Source: Adineta vaga (lineage: Eukaryota; Animalia; Rotifera). From it: DNA of 64,000 bases. The notes under the pieces are model-generated. The model did no database searches. It had not been told where the DNA came from and saw only the letters and a list, made by a program, of their open reading frames with translations. The translations under genes were made by a program, and so were the position numbers. Below are positions 37,513-49,284 of the stretch, in pieces. Location of the stretch: positions 11,160,001 through 11,224,000 of the forward strand of contig CP075493.1 in assembly GCA_021613535.1 (NCBI GenBank), given 5' to 3'. Within the stretch, counting starts at the first letter, position 1; each line of letters opens with the position of its first letter.

Positions 37513-38299
37513 ATGATTTCTTTTGAATTGTATTCATCAACTAACAAAATATATACAGCATTGATAATAAAATTGATTTAGTCAAGTCGCAGGAATATTG
37601 ATACGCATATAGTTAGGATAACTTCCTTTGATAAAAAATATCTGTTACATGAATTCGTAATTCACTTTTAGCAGAAAAAATATATTCATGTAGTCGTATC
37701 TGAATGAATTATAACTTTTCATTTTTTTTTCCTACACTTGACGTAAAAAATCTTTTTATGATAATAGTCATCATATGAGCATCGAATAAACAAGTGGCAA
37801 TCATTTATTACAGTGCATAAAAAGAAACATAGGGAAGTTAGAACGGAAAATTCATATGCCTCTAAATCAACAGATGGTCGAAAGAAGGAAGTAACGTATG
37901 TTATACTGCTGTCATGACAGTGAAATTGAAATAGTCTGTGTATAGGTAATGAAAGTGAAACTCTATCAAATTTGATGTTTTTGGTAAGATATAATCAACA
38001 CAGTCATTTTCGCGTTCTGCTCGACGATAAAATACGGATTTCTTTTACATATGACAAAAGCTTTTTAAATTAAATTCAAAGGGGTAGTTAGCACTATCAG
38101 GTATGCTTTCTGTTCTGTCTATCATTATTACACGTTCAAACTATAATAGTTGGTGATCAATTATTTATTGATGTTTTAAATCTTGGTTTAGAATTCTTTT
38201 CGATCGATGATCATCTGTACTAAATTATGTCATTCGAATAAATTTTGTCGTACATTGAACTATGATGTAAAATTCAGAGTTGAAAATTTTTTCAATGGT

Positions 38300-38836
38300 T
38301 CAATCTGCCGTAGTCAAGTATTCGTTGGTGGTCCTTGTACGCATGATTTACATTGTTGAAACGATTTAAATCTGATATGTTTATCAAATATCCAATGGGG
38401 ATGTGAGTACCATTCAGAATACGATGTTTCTATCTATCATATACTTGTCTTTTCACTATCTTTAGTTAATAATTCATCAAAACAGACTTCTACGACATCG
38501 ACAGCTGCAAAAATAATGAATCTATATGCATCTGGTGGTGTCCGATGGAATACAATAGGTATTACTATCTTAAATTCATCGCAATTAACAGATGTACGTG
38601 GTTTATTCATCGATACAAACGACACATTGTATATCGCTGACGAAAATCCAAAATCTGTCGTCTAAAAATTATTAAAAGGAGATACGATTGGAAGTGTTGT
38701 GGGAGGTATACGAGGATCAAGTGTTTCTGGTGTTAATCAATTATATTTGCCGCAAAATGTTTTTATTGATTCCAATGAAAACATGTACGTTTTCGATTTA
38801 GGAAATCGACGTATTCAAAAATTTCTTCGACTTTGA
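38300..38836 (+). pseudogene. NHL-repeat gene relic with Cys-rich N-terminal part
   Basis: RWNTIGITI...VRGLFIDTNDTLYIAD...VV*KL...NQLYLPQNVFIDSNENMYVFDLGNRRIQKF, with in-frame TAA at 38663-38665; truncated. Confidence 0.75.
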
Positions 38837-39802
38837 ATTGCCCAACATTACTTCATTGATACTGGTCCAAGTGTGTGTGTGAAGTAGTCACATTTTGATG
38901 AGTCTGCTCTAGGAAACGACGAATATCTAAAAAAAAATCCTTTCATCCAACGATGAGTTCAAATTGACAGCATCACATGGTGTAGTTCTTGAGTAGGAGT
39001 AAAACAAACGCTTCTAATTGTGTTCATGACGTACAAGCACAGCAAGTAAGCGTATCACGATAGAAGTCACAATGAATTATTCCATTTCAAAATGAAAGAA
39101 AATCACTGAACGATAAAAGTAAATATATCTTTCTTCTTTTCTACTCATCGTTAGTTTCATTTTCTCAAAATGATCTAGATCGATTTTATACGATATTTGA
39201 AAAAAATATGATTACGCTACAACATGAGCTCAAAGTTGAAGTATTCGAGATTTTCTTTCTATACAGTCAGAGTAAGACATTGCGATCATCCGATGCTATC
39301 GATGTAAACAGGATAAATTTATTTGCTTTTCGGAAGATATGATTTAAAAGAAAGTATATTTATGTTCTATAGAGCTTACAGTTTCAGTGCATATAGGACA
39401 CATGTTGCCATATTTTGATCAGTAGTCAACATGAACACCAAACTTCAATTTTATGTTTGCATTCTACCAAAAGACCTTCTCGCATTCATCTTCATTGCAC
39501 ATGAATAATCATCATGTGAAAAAACTTTTTCACACTTCAAAGCCAAATACTGTTTCAACTGCCGATCGAGTCTGCTAAAAAAAGAAAGTATTGTTTGTAA
39601 TCTCGAATGTTCTACTGCGTCGTTTTTTTTTTCAGTGACTTCTTTACCCACATATGTACACAACGATGAATAAGAATAATACATTTATTCTTTGTACGAT
39701 TGGCTTCTATCATAACAATAAAAGAAGAAAGAAGGAAAGAAGAGAAAAATTTTTTCTCTCTCTCTGATTATTATGAGAGAGAGAAGAAAAACAGTTCCAA
39801 GG

Positions 39803-39810
39803 TATAAATA
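39803..39810 (+). promoter_or_regulatory. TATA box of C2 gene copy 2
   Basis: TATAAATA in the same context as 35866-35873. Confidence 0.55.
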
Positions 39811-39885
39811 CATCCAACATTCATCCCTTCTTTTTCATTTATTAATCTTCCTACAAAACACAACACTTATTATCAAATCATCACT

Positions 39886-40386
39886 ATGAGCGGTTCACAT
39901 GGTAATCTCGAAGTTACTGTTATCGAAGCTCGTCATCTCAAAGATCAAGACATTGTCGGCAAAAACGATGCTTTTGTCGAAGTCTATCTAGACAAAGACT
40001 ACAAACAACGAACAAAAACAATTCAGAATAACAATGATCCACAATGGAATGAAAAGTTTACCTTGTAAGTTCTCTTTTCATCCGATAAAATTTAACTGAT
40101 TAATATTGATTTTATAGTAATTTATCACGTAATCATGATGATTTACATCTTCATGTCTACGATGATGATGCAGTTGGTAAAGATTCGATTGGTGATGCAA
40201 AGATCGACTTGAAAAAACATGATTTTTCGAAAGGTCCGTTTGATGAATGGGTAAAACTACCAGCATTGTTAGGTCTTCGTTCGAAAGGTGAAGTTCATGT
40301 GAAAATTGAACATAAAGTACGTTATTATCTTTCTTTTGAAACTATGTATAATATTTATATGTTTTCTTTTCTAATTTTAGCAATGA
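39886..40386 (+). CDS. Small single C2-domain protein, copy 2 (3 exons)
   Basis: Near-identical to 35949-36449; introns 40065-40117 and 40317-40380. Confidence 0.9.
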
Positions 40387-40706
40387 AACACAGATACGAA
40401 ATAAACATTTGTATTTTCTATACATTTTTGAAGTTTTTTTATATTAAACTCGCGTCAGAATACTTTTATTTTGAGATATTTTTAATGATGAAACTAGAAG
40501 TTTAATTGTGAATAAAATAACTCAGTATTATTTATGTCTTTTACTGTTTTTCAATGCATTATCGACGAATGCTTTAATCAAAATCAAACTAAACTCAGGT
40601 TAGCGCAAAGTATTTGCGATAAAATTTTGGAACTATTTTGAGTATTGTGCAATTGTCAGTATCAATCAATATAAATCAATTGCAGATTTATCGATCATCT
40701 CCGTCA

Positions 40707-40787
40707 TTGAGGGCTTAAACAGGTGTGAGTGTGGGTGACGGGGTGCGGATGGATTATGATCGCTTTCACCCACACCAACACCCTCAA
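40707..40787. repeat. Palindromic telomere-like element (MITE-like)
   Basis: TTGAGGG...GGTGTGAGTGTGGGTGA, spacer, then TCACCCACACCAACACCCTCAA: imperfect terminal inverted repeats. Confidence 0.65.
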
Positions 40788-40917
40788 ATATACACGAATA
40801 ATCTCTTCCGTATTTTATTCAATTTTCTTGAGATGATATAGTTACAATCTTATTTTTTTATTGTCAAGTAATTCGAAACATACACGTGGTGCAGAAGAAG
40901 AAAAGGAAGCAATGCCA

Positions 40918-42918
40918 TCATAAATGCGTATCTTTTAGATGTGATTTGACATATTCTAAGTTAGTTCTATAAACTTGAATATGAGGATGATTATCGGACA
41001 ATGATTGTTCAGCTATCGTCAATGCTCGTTGACAATATGAAATTCCTTTCGAATGATTTCCAGTAAAGAATGAAACCATACCAACATGACCATATATACC
41101 GGCTAAATCAGGATGATTTGAAGGAAGAATTTCTTGTTGAATTACAAGTGATTTTTCATAGTATGGAAGTGCTTTTATATAATCATTCATTCTAACATGG
41201 ACTGATCCAATGTTAGTATACGAATTAGCAAGATGAGAATCATTTGATGGAAGAATTTTCTGATAGATTTCCAATGCTTTTTCGTAGAAAGAAAAGGCTT
41301 TGGTAAATTCACTCGTCTTCGAATAGAACATGCCAATACTATTGTAAGAATTAGCCAGATCGAGATCATTTTCATGAGGATTTTTTTCAAAGATATCTAT
41401 GGCTTTTTCAAAGTAGGAAAATGCTTTTGAATTCTCACCGATATTACCATAGATGATAGCCATATCATTGTAACATCTAGCTACGTCAGGGTGCTCCAAA
41501 GAAGAAGTTTTCTGATGGATCATCAATGATTTTTCATAACATGACAATGCTTCTGTATATTTTCCTTGATAATAATTAGTACATCCAAGTTGATAGAATA
41601 AGTCACCTTGTTCTCTTTTATCCGTTGTTTGAATGAGTATTTTACGATATAAATCTTCGGCTTTATCATATTGTGCTAATTTTATCATTAATTTTCCTAT
41701 TCGAAGCCATTCGATTGATCCTTTCGTTTCTTCACGCACACGTTCAATGAAAGGATGACTTTGAAGATAATTTCCGTCAATTAAAGTTAATTCAACTTGC
41801 CAAAGACGATTATTTCCATCGATCTGTTTCATTTGATGAATACGAAAACATGTATGCATAGAAAAAAGAATCTGTTGTTTAGTTTGCTGAATACAAACAT
41901 TGGCAAAAGTTATTGTACTTATTGAAAAATCAATAGTTATGATGAATAGAACACCTACTAAATCATATCTAGCCATAGTTCTTCGAGCAAAATCAAAGGA
42001 TTCAGTACGATCTTTGTTTGCATATAAAAAATTGTTCATTGATAACGCACCATCTTTTGTCCTCATTAATAGATTGAAATCTGCATGAGACATACCCTGA
42101 CCTCGATATACAGTGAGTGAACTTGATGGTTGGTGACTACCGTATTGTTCTGCGTGAAGAGTAACAATTTGTTTATGAAGATCACGTATAAAGAATCCCA
42201 TTTTAAAAATAACATCTACGTTCAATGTACGTAGTGCATCATTCAGGATCGAATAAAATATACAATTATCTGTATACCAACAAATGGGTTGTTGACGACG
42301 ATAATCTGTTTGAAATCGATCTATATTTTTCAATTGTACGCTATTGTTAACGAATTGTTCACGACAATATCTAAGCAATTCACGTATATGTGAGTGTTGA
42401 AAGTCCATACCATATATAATCTCTTTTAGTAACAGTGTATACATAAAATTATGATCAACGATTGTAGTTGTTGGAAAGAATGTCATAGGGATTGTATTCT
42501 GATTGTAATCATCAGTGGCATATTTTAGTGCTTCACAAGCCGATGTTATATCTGTGAAGATTCCATGTATTTTGAACCATTGTTGAATCCAGCTTTCGTC
42601 TGAAATCTTGCCTTCAGAAAAAAGCAAAATGACAGTTACCTGTACTTGATTATGTATGACTGGTATTATTTTCTTTCCAAGGATATTCGAAACAAGTAAA
42701 AATAGTGTATCTTTTCTCGTATCACTAATAAATTCAATACAGGCATCTAAATCATTGAATAGATCGATAGTGTTGATAACTGCTCGTAATTTTGTAATAA
42801 AATTATGATATTCCGCATTGTTAATGTCATTGTCTAACCAAATGAGACGATAGTTTTGAATCATTCGCTTAATTTTGTACGTTCTGTTTATCACATGTGC
42901 TATTTTGGTGAATGACAC
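40918..42918 (-). CDS. ART-like domain + TPR-repeat protein (catalytic motifs degenerate)
   Basis: N-terminal LIWLD domain, WYT...LNDALR...FFIRDL...VYRGQG...NNFLYAN...QQILF, then about 6 TPRs (HPDLA..Y.NIG). Start codon uncertain. Confidence 0.88.
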   Translation of the reverse strand: MSFTKIAHVINRTYKIKRMIQNYRLIWLDNDINNAEYHNFITKLRAVINTIDLFNDLDACIEFISDTRKDTLFLLVSNILGKKIIPVIHNQVQVTVILLFSEGKISDESWIQQWFKIHGIFTDITSACEALKYATDDYNQNTIPMTFFPTTTIVDHNFMYTLLLKEIIYGMDFQHSHIRELLRYCREQFVNNSVQLKNIDRFQTDYRRQQPICWYTDNCIFYSILNDALRTLNVDVIFKMGFFIRDLHKQIVTLHAEQYGSHQPSSSLTVYRGQGMSHADFNLLMRTKDGALSMNNFLYANKDRTESFDFARRTMARYDLVGVLFIITIDFSISTITFANVCIQQTKQQILFSMHTCFRIHQMKQIDGNNRLWQVELTLIDGNYLQSHPFIERVREETKGSIEWLRIGKLMIKLAQYDKAEDLYRKILIQTTDKREQGDLFYQLGCTNYYQGKYTEALSCYEKSLMIHQKTSSLEHPDVARCYNDMAIIYGNIGENSKAFSYFEKAIDIFEKNPHENDLDLANSYNSIGMFYSKTSEFTKAFSFYEKALEIYQKILPSNDSHLANSYTNIGSVHVRMNDYIKALPYYEKSLVIQQEILPSNHPDLAGIYGHVGMVSFFTGNHSKGISYCQRALTIAEQSLSDNHPHIQVYRTNLEYVKSHLKDTHL

Positions 42919-43077
42919 CTATCACGTCAAGTTATATCACATGTTGGAAATTTTGTTCTTTATTTCTTTTCTTTCTCTTCGCACACAATTTCCAACGAAT
43001 GAAATTATTTCTTTAAAACACTTTAATCATAAACATATCTCACGCAAAAAAGGAGAAAATGTCAGTTATGTAGATTT

Positions 43078-46000
43078 CTACTCTATGTTAGCTGATGTAC
43101 GTTGCGTAATTCGAATATGAGGATAGTTTGGTGGTTGTGAATAATGTGGAATATCAAAAGGGAGTTCAGCAAGTGAAATTTCTTGAGAGGAAATATTCAT
43201 GGTCGGAATCTGGAATTCAGCCGGTTCTCTAGAGAAACGAATTGATTTCGGAGAATCTAAAGCAAGAACGTTAGAATTCTTGTTCAATGCTTGCAAATAA
43301 AGTGGAAGTGCTTTCCAGTGTTGATCCATTGTGGAATAGATATTGCCGATTGAATTGTAGGAAACAGCGAGATCACGTTGATTTTGAGAAGGCTGTTTTT
43401 GATGAACTTCTAATGCTTTTTCATAGTATGAACATGCTCTATAATATTCACCTTGAAATTCAGAAGTCATACCAAGATAATTGTAAGTTGTGGCCAAAAT
43501 GGGACTATCAGCAGGTAAAATCTTGTGATCAATAAGAAGACTTTTTTCGTAATAGAACGATGCGCGTGACAGATCACTCATTCGAAAATAGATATTACCG
43601 AGATTTTTGTAGGAAATAGCCAATTCATCCTGATTCAACGGAGAAATACGTTTCCAAATTTCTACTGCCTGTTGATAAGCTTTAAGGGCTTTTGCATAAT
43701 CACCGATGTTTTCATGTATGAAGCCAATAGTATTGTAGGATTTTGCTAGAATAGGATGGTCGGAAGGGATTGTGTTTTGATAAAGTTGATGTGCTTGGAT
43801 TTGGCAGGAAAGTGCTTTAGAATATTCTTTTAATTCAATATAGGTATTGCAAAGATTTCGATAGTAGATAGCTAAATCAGAATGATTTCCAGAGAAAAAT
43901 TTCTGATGGATTTTAATTGTTTTTTCAAGATAAGGAATAGCTTTTAAAAATTGGCTTGTGTGACAGTACAAAAGCCCTAGATTATTGTGAAATGTAATCG
44001 AATCGGAAGGCGCTAACTTGGAATTCTTTTCAGCAATTTTTACAGCTTGTTGATAACATCGCAATGCTTTATCATAATGCTTCATTTTTGAATACACATT
44101 TCCAAGACTATTATAGGAATTCGCTAAATCAGAATGGTTTTCAGGTAGAATGTTTTCTCGAATCATCACTGAGTTTTCCAATAGGGGCCGTGCTTTTGTA
44201 TATTGATCTATCATTGCATATGTTAATCCAGTATTATAATAAGAAATGACTAAATCGCTATGATCTGAAGGAAGCGTTCTTTTACGAATTTCCAAAGATT
44301 TTTCATAGAACGAAATAGCTTTTGTATATTGAAAAGTTTGATTGTAAACTAAACCGATATTGTTATGCGTCGTTGCCAAATCAGGATAGTTGATTGGTTG
44401 ACTTTTTTCATGTATTTCCACAGATTTTTCAAGAGATGTTAATGCTTCCGTATAGTTCTTCATCTTGAGATATACTAAGCCGATATTGTTATGAGAAATA
44501 GCTAAGTCCGAATGATTTGAAGGGAGAATTTTATCTCGAATTTCTAATGATTTATAAAGAAACGAATGTGCCTTGGAATAATCATGTTGTTTCGCATATG
44601 TTATACCAATATTATTGTAGAAATGCGCCAAATCAGGATGATCTGAAGAGAGTTTTGCTTCACCAAATTGTACACATTTGTTTAAGTAATAAAATGCTTT
44701 TGAATAATCATTCATATTGAGATAAGCTAAGCCAATATTATTATAGGAAGTTATCAAATCAGGATGGTCTTCTGGTAAGATACTTTTACGAATTTCAAGT
44801 GATGATTCAAGATAGGAAAGGACTTTGGAATATTTATCCATCATAGTATATACTAACGCAATATTGTTATACGATACAGCTAGTTCGTCATTACACGACG
44901 AAGGTAATTTCTTACGAATTACTAAAGATTTTTCAATGAATAATAATGCTTTGAAGTAATCATACGTTTGAAGATACACCAGTCCAACATTATTGTACGA
45001 AGTAGCTAAATTGGGATGGTTAGGTTGCAATTTTGTTTCACGAATTTCTAATGACTTTTTGAGAAACGATAATGCATTGGAATAATCATTCATCTTGTAA
45101 TAAATTAATCCTATCGTATTAAATGTAGTAGCCAAATGAGGATGATTTGGACAAAGATATTTTTTGTACAGTGGAATTGCTTTCTCTAAAGACGAAAGTG
45201 CTTGAGAGAACTTCTCCATTTTGGCATGTATGAAACCAGTATTATTGTAACAAGTTGCAATGTATGGATGATTTGAAGATAGACTTTTTTGACAGATTTC
45301 AAAGGCTTTATCGATAAAGGCAAGTCCTTTTGAATAGTCACCCATACTTGCATAGATCAATCCTATATGATTGCAAGATTGAATCGTATTGGGATGATTT
45401 GGAGGTAGAATTTTTTCGTAAATTCGTACTGCTTCTTCATAAGCAGACAAAGCTGTTGAATAATCACCCTTTTTTATTGATACTAAACCGATACTATTCC
45501 AAGAATCAGCTAAGTCAGGATGATCTAAAGGTAAAATATTCTGCCGAATTTCAAGAGCTTTTTGAATAAATCTATTTGCATCAGAATAATCGTTGACGTC
45601 GTCTTCCACTGAATCGTTTGTATTGGTATTATTCGGAAAGCATGAACAATGTTCGTGTTTCTGTTTTAGTTCTTCAGCCGTAAATATTTTTGAATATTCA
45701 GTCATTCGAATGTATATTATACCGATATTATTGTAAGAAGCAAATAAATCTGGATGTTTCTCAGGTAAGATTTGACTTCGTAGATCAAATGCTTTTTTAA
45801 TAAAGAAAAATGCTTTTGAATAATCACCGATTTTTTCATTGATCATGCCATATTTATCATAGGATGCAGCGAGAGCAAGACTATTTGGAGATGAATTTAG
45901 TTTTTGAATATTAATAGATTTATCAAGCCATTTGAGTGCTTCGCGATAGTCTCCCATATGATCATGAATAGAACCAATATTGTGGTATAATTGAGCTAAT

Positions 46001-47802
46001 TCGATCGAATCTGGAGAAAGTGTATTTTCACGAATATACAATGATTTTTGTATAAATGAAAGCGCTTTTGAATAGTCACCGAGTTTATCATGTATAGAAC
46101 CTAGACTATTGTAAGATTGAGCTATATCGAGTTGATCAGTAATAAAAGTATTTTGACGAATTTTTAATGCTTCTTCAGAGGAAGAAAGTGCGTTAGTATA
46201 TTCACCGAGCTTTTCATAGATCACTCCAAGTCGATAGAATGAATGTGCGAGTTCATCGGAGTTTGAAGAAAGACTTGCACTACGAATAGTATGATATTTC
46301 TTAAACGATGAAAGTGCTTTTGAATAATCGCCTATGTAATCATACATGAAACCAATATTATTGTAAGATTTAGCTAAATCAAAATCATTTTGACTAAGGA
46401 GTTCTTCTTTGATTTCAATAGCTTCTTCATAGAATTGTATGGCTTCTTTGTGTTTACCTTGACGGTTTTTTATCTTACCAAGACTTTCCAAATATATCAT
46501 TCTTTTTTTCTTGTCAGTAGTTTCCTTCATCAGTATATGATATACTTCTTCGGCCTTATCATCATTTTTAACTTTGATCAACCATTTTCCTAGTCGATCC
46601 CAACCATTCGCATTGCCGATCATTTCTGCTGTTGATTCGTTAAGATTGTAGAGTTGTGGATCTACTTCATTCACTAACGTCAGCTTCACAAGCCATAGAC
46701 GTGTGTCATTGTCGATCTGTTGAATGTTATCAAGACGAAAAATAGTATTCAATGTAAAAAGATATTCTGATATCGAATCATTTTGATCGTTAATATCACT
46801 GAGTCGAGCAAACGAAGCAGATGAAATGAGTGGATCAATTGTCATTTTAAAGAGAACACCCATTGAATTCGTTGTTTTCAAGGCATTTTGTGCAAAAACA
46901 AACGCATTCTTAGCACTTGTTGTAGTCGTTAGAAAATTGTTGAATGATATTAATCCTTTCGTTGCTTTCTTCATTGTAGAGAAGTCTGTACGTGACATTG
47001 TTCGACTTCGATAAACAATAAATACTTGTTTATGTTCTTCGACTTGTTTCTCACGTTGTTCTTGTATTTCTTGATGTAAACTACGAATGAAAAAATCCAT
47101 GTTTTTGATACCTTCGATATTCTGATGACGCAGAGAATGATTGAGCATAGAGAAAAGAAAACGTCTTTGCGTAAACCACCAAATAGGCGTATGATTTACA
47201 TACTCCTGTTCAAAAGTATCGATAATATTACTTTGCATCATATTGTTACGACGACAATATGAAAGAAATGTTTCGAATGATTGTTCATGATAACTGTTGT
47301 TGTCAAGAAGAATTTCTTTGAGTATTTTCATGTATACGAATTGACAATCAGTTTTCGCTGCTCTAGTATCTCTTGCTGAACTAGTGATTGCTGAAGCAAA
47401 ACTCATTGAAATTGTATCCTGATTCGATTGTTGAACGGTTTGTTTGATTGAATTGTATATTGAGATAATGTGTGAATTAACTTCTTTTACTTTTGACCAT
47501 TCATTTAACCATCGATCTTGAGGCAGATTCGTACGATAAAATACATAAATTGAATCAAGTTGACGCATACCGTGAACTTTTGGTATTAGCTGTTGAGCTA
47601 AGGCATCTGAAACAATGATGAAGATTGTTTCGATTTGATTTTGCTCGAAGAAATCTATACATTGATTAATATCATCAAATCTAGTGACGCGATCAAAAAT
47701 GTCTTTTAAATTATCTATTGTAATTTTCATTTCTCGATCGAATTCATCATAATCCAAATCCACCAAAAGCACATGAAGATTTGCGACGAAAAACTGTTCC
47801 AT
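43078..47802 (-). CDS. ART-like domain + long TPR array protein
   Basis: 1574-aa single ORF: WWFT...LNHSLR...VYRS...NNFLTTT...SEYLF, then more than 20 42-aa kinesin-light-chain-type TPRs (HPDLA.SYNNIG.VY). Confidence 0.92.
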   Translation of the reverse strand: MEQFFVANLHVLLVDLDYDEFDREMKITIDNLKDIFDRVTRFDDINQCIDFFEQNQIETIFIIVSDALAQQLIPKVHGMRQLDSIYVFYRTNLPQDRWLNEWSKVKEVNSHIISIYNSIKQTVQQSNQDTISMSFASAITSSARDTRAAKTDCQFVYMKILKEILLDNNSYHEQSFETFLSYCRRNNMMQSNIIDTFEQEYVNHTPIWWFTQRRFLFSMLNHSLRHQNIEGIKNMDFFIRSLHQEIQEQREKQVEEHKQVFIVYRSRTMSRTDFSTMKKATKGLISFNNFLTTTTSAKNAFVFAQNALKTTNSMGVLFKMTIDPLISSASFARLSDINDQNDSISEYLFTLNTIFRLDNIQQIDNDTRLWLVKLTLVNEVDPQLYNLNESTAEMIGNANGWDRLGKWLIKVKNDDKAEEVYHILMKETTDKKKRMIYLESLGKIKNRQGKHKEAIQFYEEAIEIKEELLSQNDFDLAKSYNNIGFMYDYIGDYSKALSSFKKYHTIRSASLSSNSDELAHSFYRLGVIYEKLGEYTNALSSSEEALKIRQNTFITDQLDIAQSYNSLGSIHDKLGDYSKALSFIQKSLYIRENTLSPDSIELAQLYHNIGSIHDHMGDYREALKWLDKSINIQKLNSSPNSLALAASYDKYGMINEKIGDYSKAFFFIKKAFDLRSQILPEKHPDLFASYNNIGIIYIRMTEYSKIFTAEELKQKHEHCSCFPNNTNTNDSVEDDVNDYSDANRFIQKALEIRQNILPLDHPDLADSWNSIGLVSIKKGDYSTALSAYEEAVRIYEKILPPNHPNTIQSCNHIGLIYASMGDYSKGLAFIDKAFEICQKSLSSNHPYIATCYNNTGFIHAKMEKFSQALSSLEKAIPLYKKYLCPNHPHLATTFNTIGLIYYKMNDYSNALSFLKKSLEIRETKLQPNHPNLATSYNNVGLVYLQTYDYFKALLFIEKSLVIRKKLPSSCNDELAVSYNNIALVYTMMDKYSKVLSYLESSLEIRKSILPEDHPDLITSYNNIGLAYLNMNDYSKAFYYLNKCVQFGEAKLSSDHPDLAHFYNNIGITYAKQHDYSKAHSFLYKSLEIRDKILPSNHSDLAISHNNIGLVYLKMKNYTEALTSLEKSVEIHEKSQPINYPDLATTHNNIGLVYNQTFQYTKAISFYEKSLEIRKRTLPSDHSDLVISYYNTGLTYAMIDQYTKARPLLENSVMIRENILPENHSDLANSYNSLGNVYSKMKHYDKALRCYQQAVKIAEKNSKLAPSDSITFHNNLGLLYCHTSQFLKAIPYLEKTIKIHQKFFSGNHSDLAIYYRNLCNTYIELKEYSKALSCQIQAHQLYQNTIPSDHPILAKSYNTIGFIHENIGDYAKALKAYQQAVEIWKRISPLNQDELAISYKNLGNIYFRMSDLSRASFYYEKSLLIDHKILPADSPILATTYNYLGMTSEFQGEYYRACSYYEKALEVHQKQPSQNQRDLAVSYNSIGNIYSTMDQHWKALPLYLQALNKNSNVLALDSPKSIRFSREPAEFQIPTMNISSQEISLAELPFDIPHYSQPPNYPHIRITQRTSANIE

Positions 47803-48312
47803 TGTGTATAATTGTTTCTATTATGTTGTGTCGTTCACTGGCTTTTTTCATATGTGATTTTGTTAGCAAAATATTTTCGATACAGACAAAACAATTTTTC
47901 TTTTCTTTCAATGAAAATAAGCATATTAAAAAACGAAAACTTTGTTTGATTGAATCAACAACTCACTCCAAGTAAATCATAACTTACCTGTCTTCTCTTC
48001 TAACAAAAATATTTGCCAACGAACCGTAGAAAAATAGAATAAATGCATGACATTTTTCCATTTTCATTCTCATCATTAGAGAGAATTTTTTTCATATATT
48101 ATGCCAATACTTTTCTAATAGATCTTACTTTGAAGTATTTTATTTCATTCCATAACGACAAATAGAGTCATTTAATGCACGTTTATCTGTAGCATAGAAA
48201 CAGAATTGCAAGAGGAAAAAATATTTTACTTTAATACTCCACTACGTTTATTTCCGAATGTTACACTAAACGAGACAACAGATTTACAACGATGTGAAGT
48301 TTCTAAATATCA

Positions 48313-49284
48313 TTAGGTTTGACGAACCGAAGCAGTAACATGACGTTGAGTTGGTTTGTAGAATATCAACATACGAAGTTTTTGTTTCAAATCTGGTAAT
48401 GTTATAACTGTCGCATAAGATATCACAATGGCAGGAGTATTTGCCATCGGTGAAATAAATGTCGAAACATTAGTACCAAAATTGGTGATTCCAAATCTTC
48501 TCATTACCGTCAGAGTTACCAGAGGGAGATCAAAGATTATATAAGTAGCAGCAATAAAAATAAATTGTAAGATCATTTTTCGATTTTGTCTCCAGCCATT
48601 GGCACGTTGTAATCGATGTTTTTGTACCACAACTCGAATGAGAAGACAACCACTGATGACGATGATCAATGGAATTGGAGCAATATCATGACAAACAGCC
48701 ATATACCATGAAAGCGATGCCGGCACTGGACATCTGTACCATGGGCCACCACATAGAAATGAAGTGGCATCAAGATTATGCTCACATGAACGGATGAAAA
48801 TAATGCAGAAATAGAAAATCGGTGAATAGAGAGAAACACATGCAAGTGGAATGTAATGAAATATCAAACGTCCACGAGCTGTACTAACTAAATTTGAATG
48901 AAAGATTAAGATATGTCGTTCTAATGATAACCATACCATTGTAATGATAGCACCATACCATATGCCATAATCAACAAATTGATGAAAATAACAAATGGCA
49001 GGATTAAATGGGACATAAAATCCTCGACGACTATAATTTATTATTAATGGTAAACCAATTGTAAGGCTTATAAAATTAAAAAGTAATACAACGATTGTTG
49101 AATGATTGTACAATGTTTTGCGTGCTGCTTTCCGTGCCAGAAGATGATAAAAAACGAATAAATAACATGGAATAGAGAATGCTTCACCCACAAGATATAA
49201 TGAAAATCTTATGTCTGGCCAACTGGGAGGCAGATAAATATATTTTGCACTTGTTTCGTTCATTCCAATATTGTTACTTGCCAT
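48313..49284 (-). CDS. Rhodopsin-like 7TM GPCR (ERH-motif family)
   Basis: Seven hydrophobic segments, WLSLERHILIFH, LIFHYIP, WRQNRKMILQ. Confidence 0.88.
   Translation of the reverse strand: MASNNIGMNETSAKYIYLPPSWPDIRFSLYLVGEAFSIPCYLFVFYHLLARKAARKTLYNHSTIVVLLFNFISLTIGLPLIINYSRRGFYVPFNPAICYFHQFVDYGIWYGAIITMVWLSLERHILIFHSNLVSTARGRLIFHYIPLACVSLYSPIFYFCIIFIRSCEHNLDATSFLCGGPWYRCPVPASLSWYMAVCHDIAPIPLIIVISGCLLIRVVVQKHRLQRANGWRQNRKMILQFIFIAATYIIFDLPLVTLTVMRRFGITNFGTNVSTFISPMANTPAIVISYATVITLPDLKQKLRMLIFYKPTQRHVTASVRQT

Noticed and set aside
43078-46400. DNA tandem repeat or mobile element
   Set aside because: The periodicity reflects degenerate 42-aa TPR coding repeats within one ORF.
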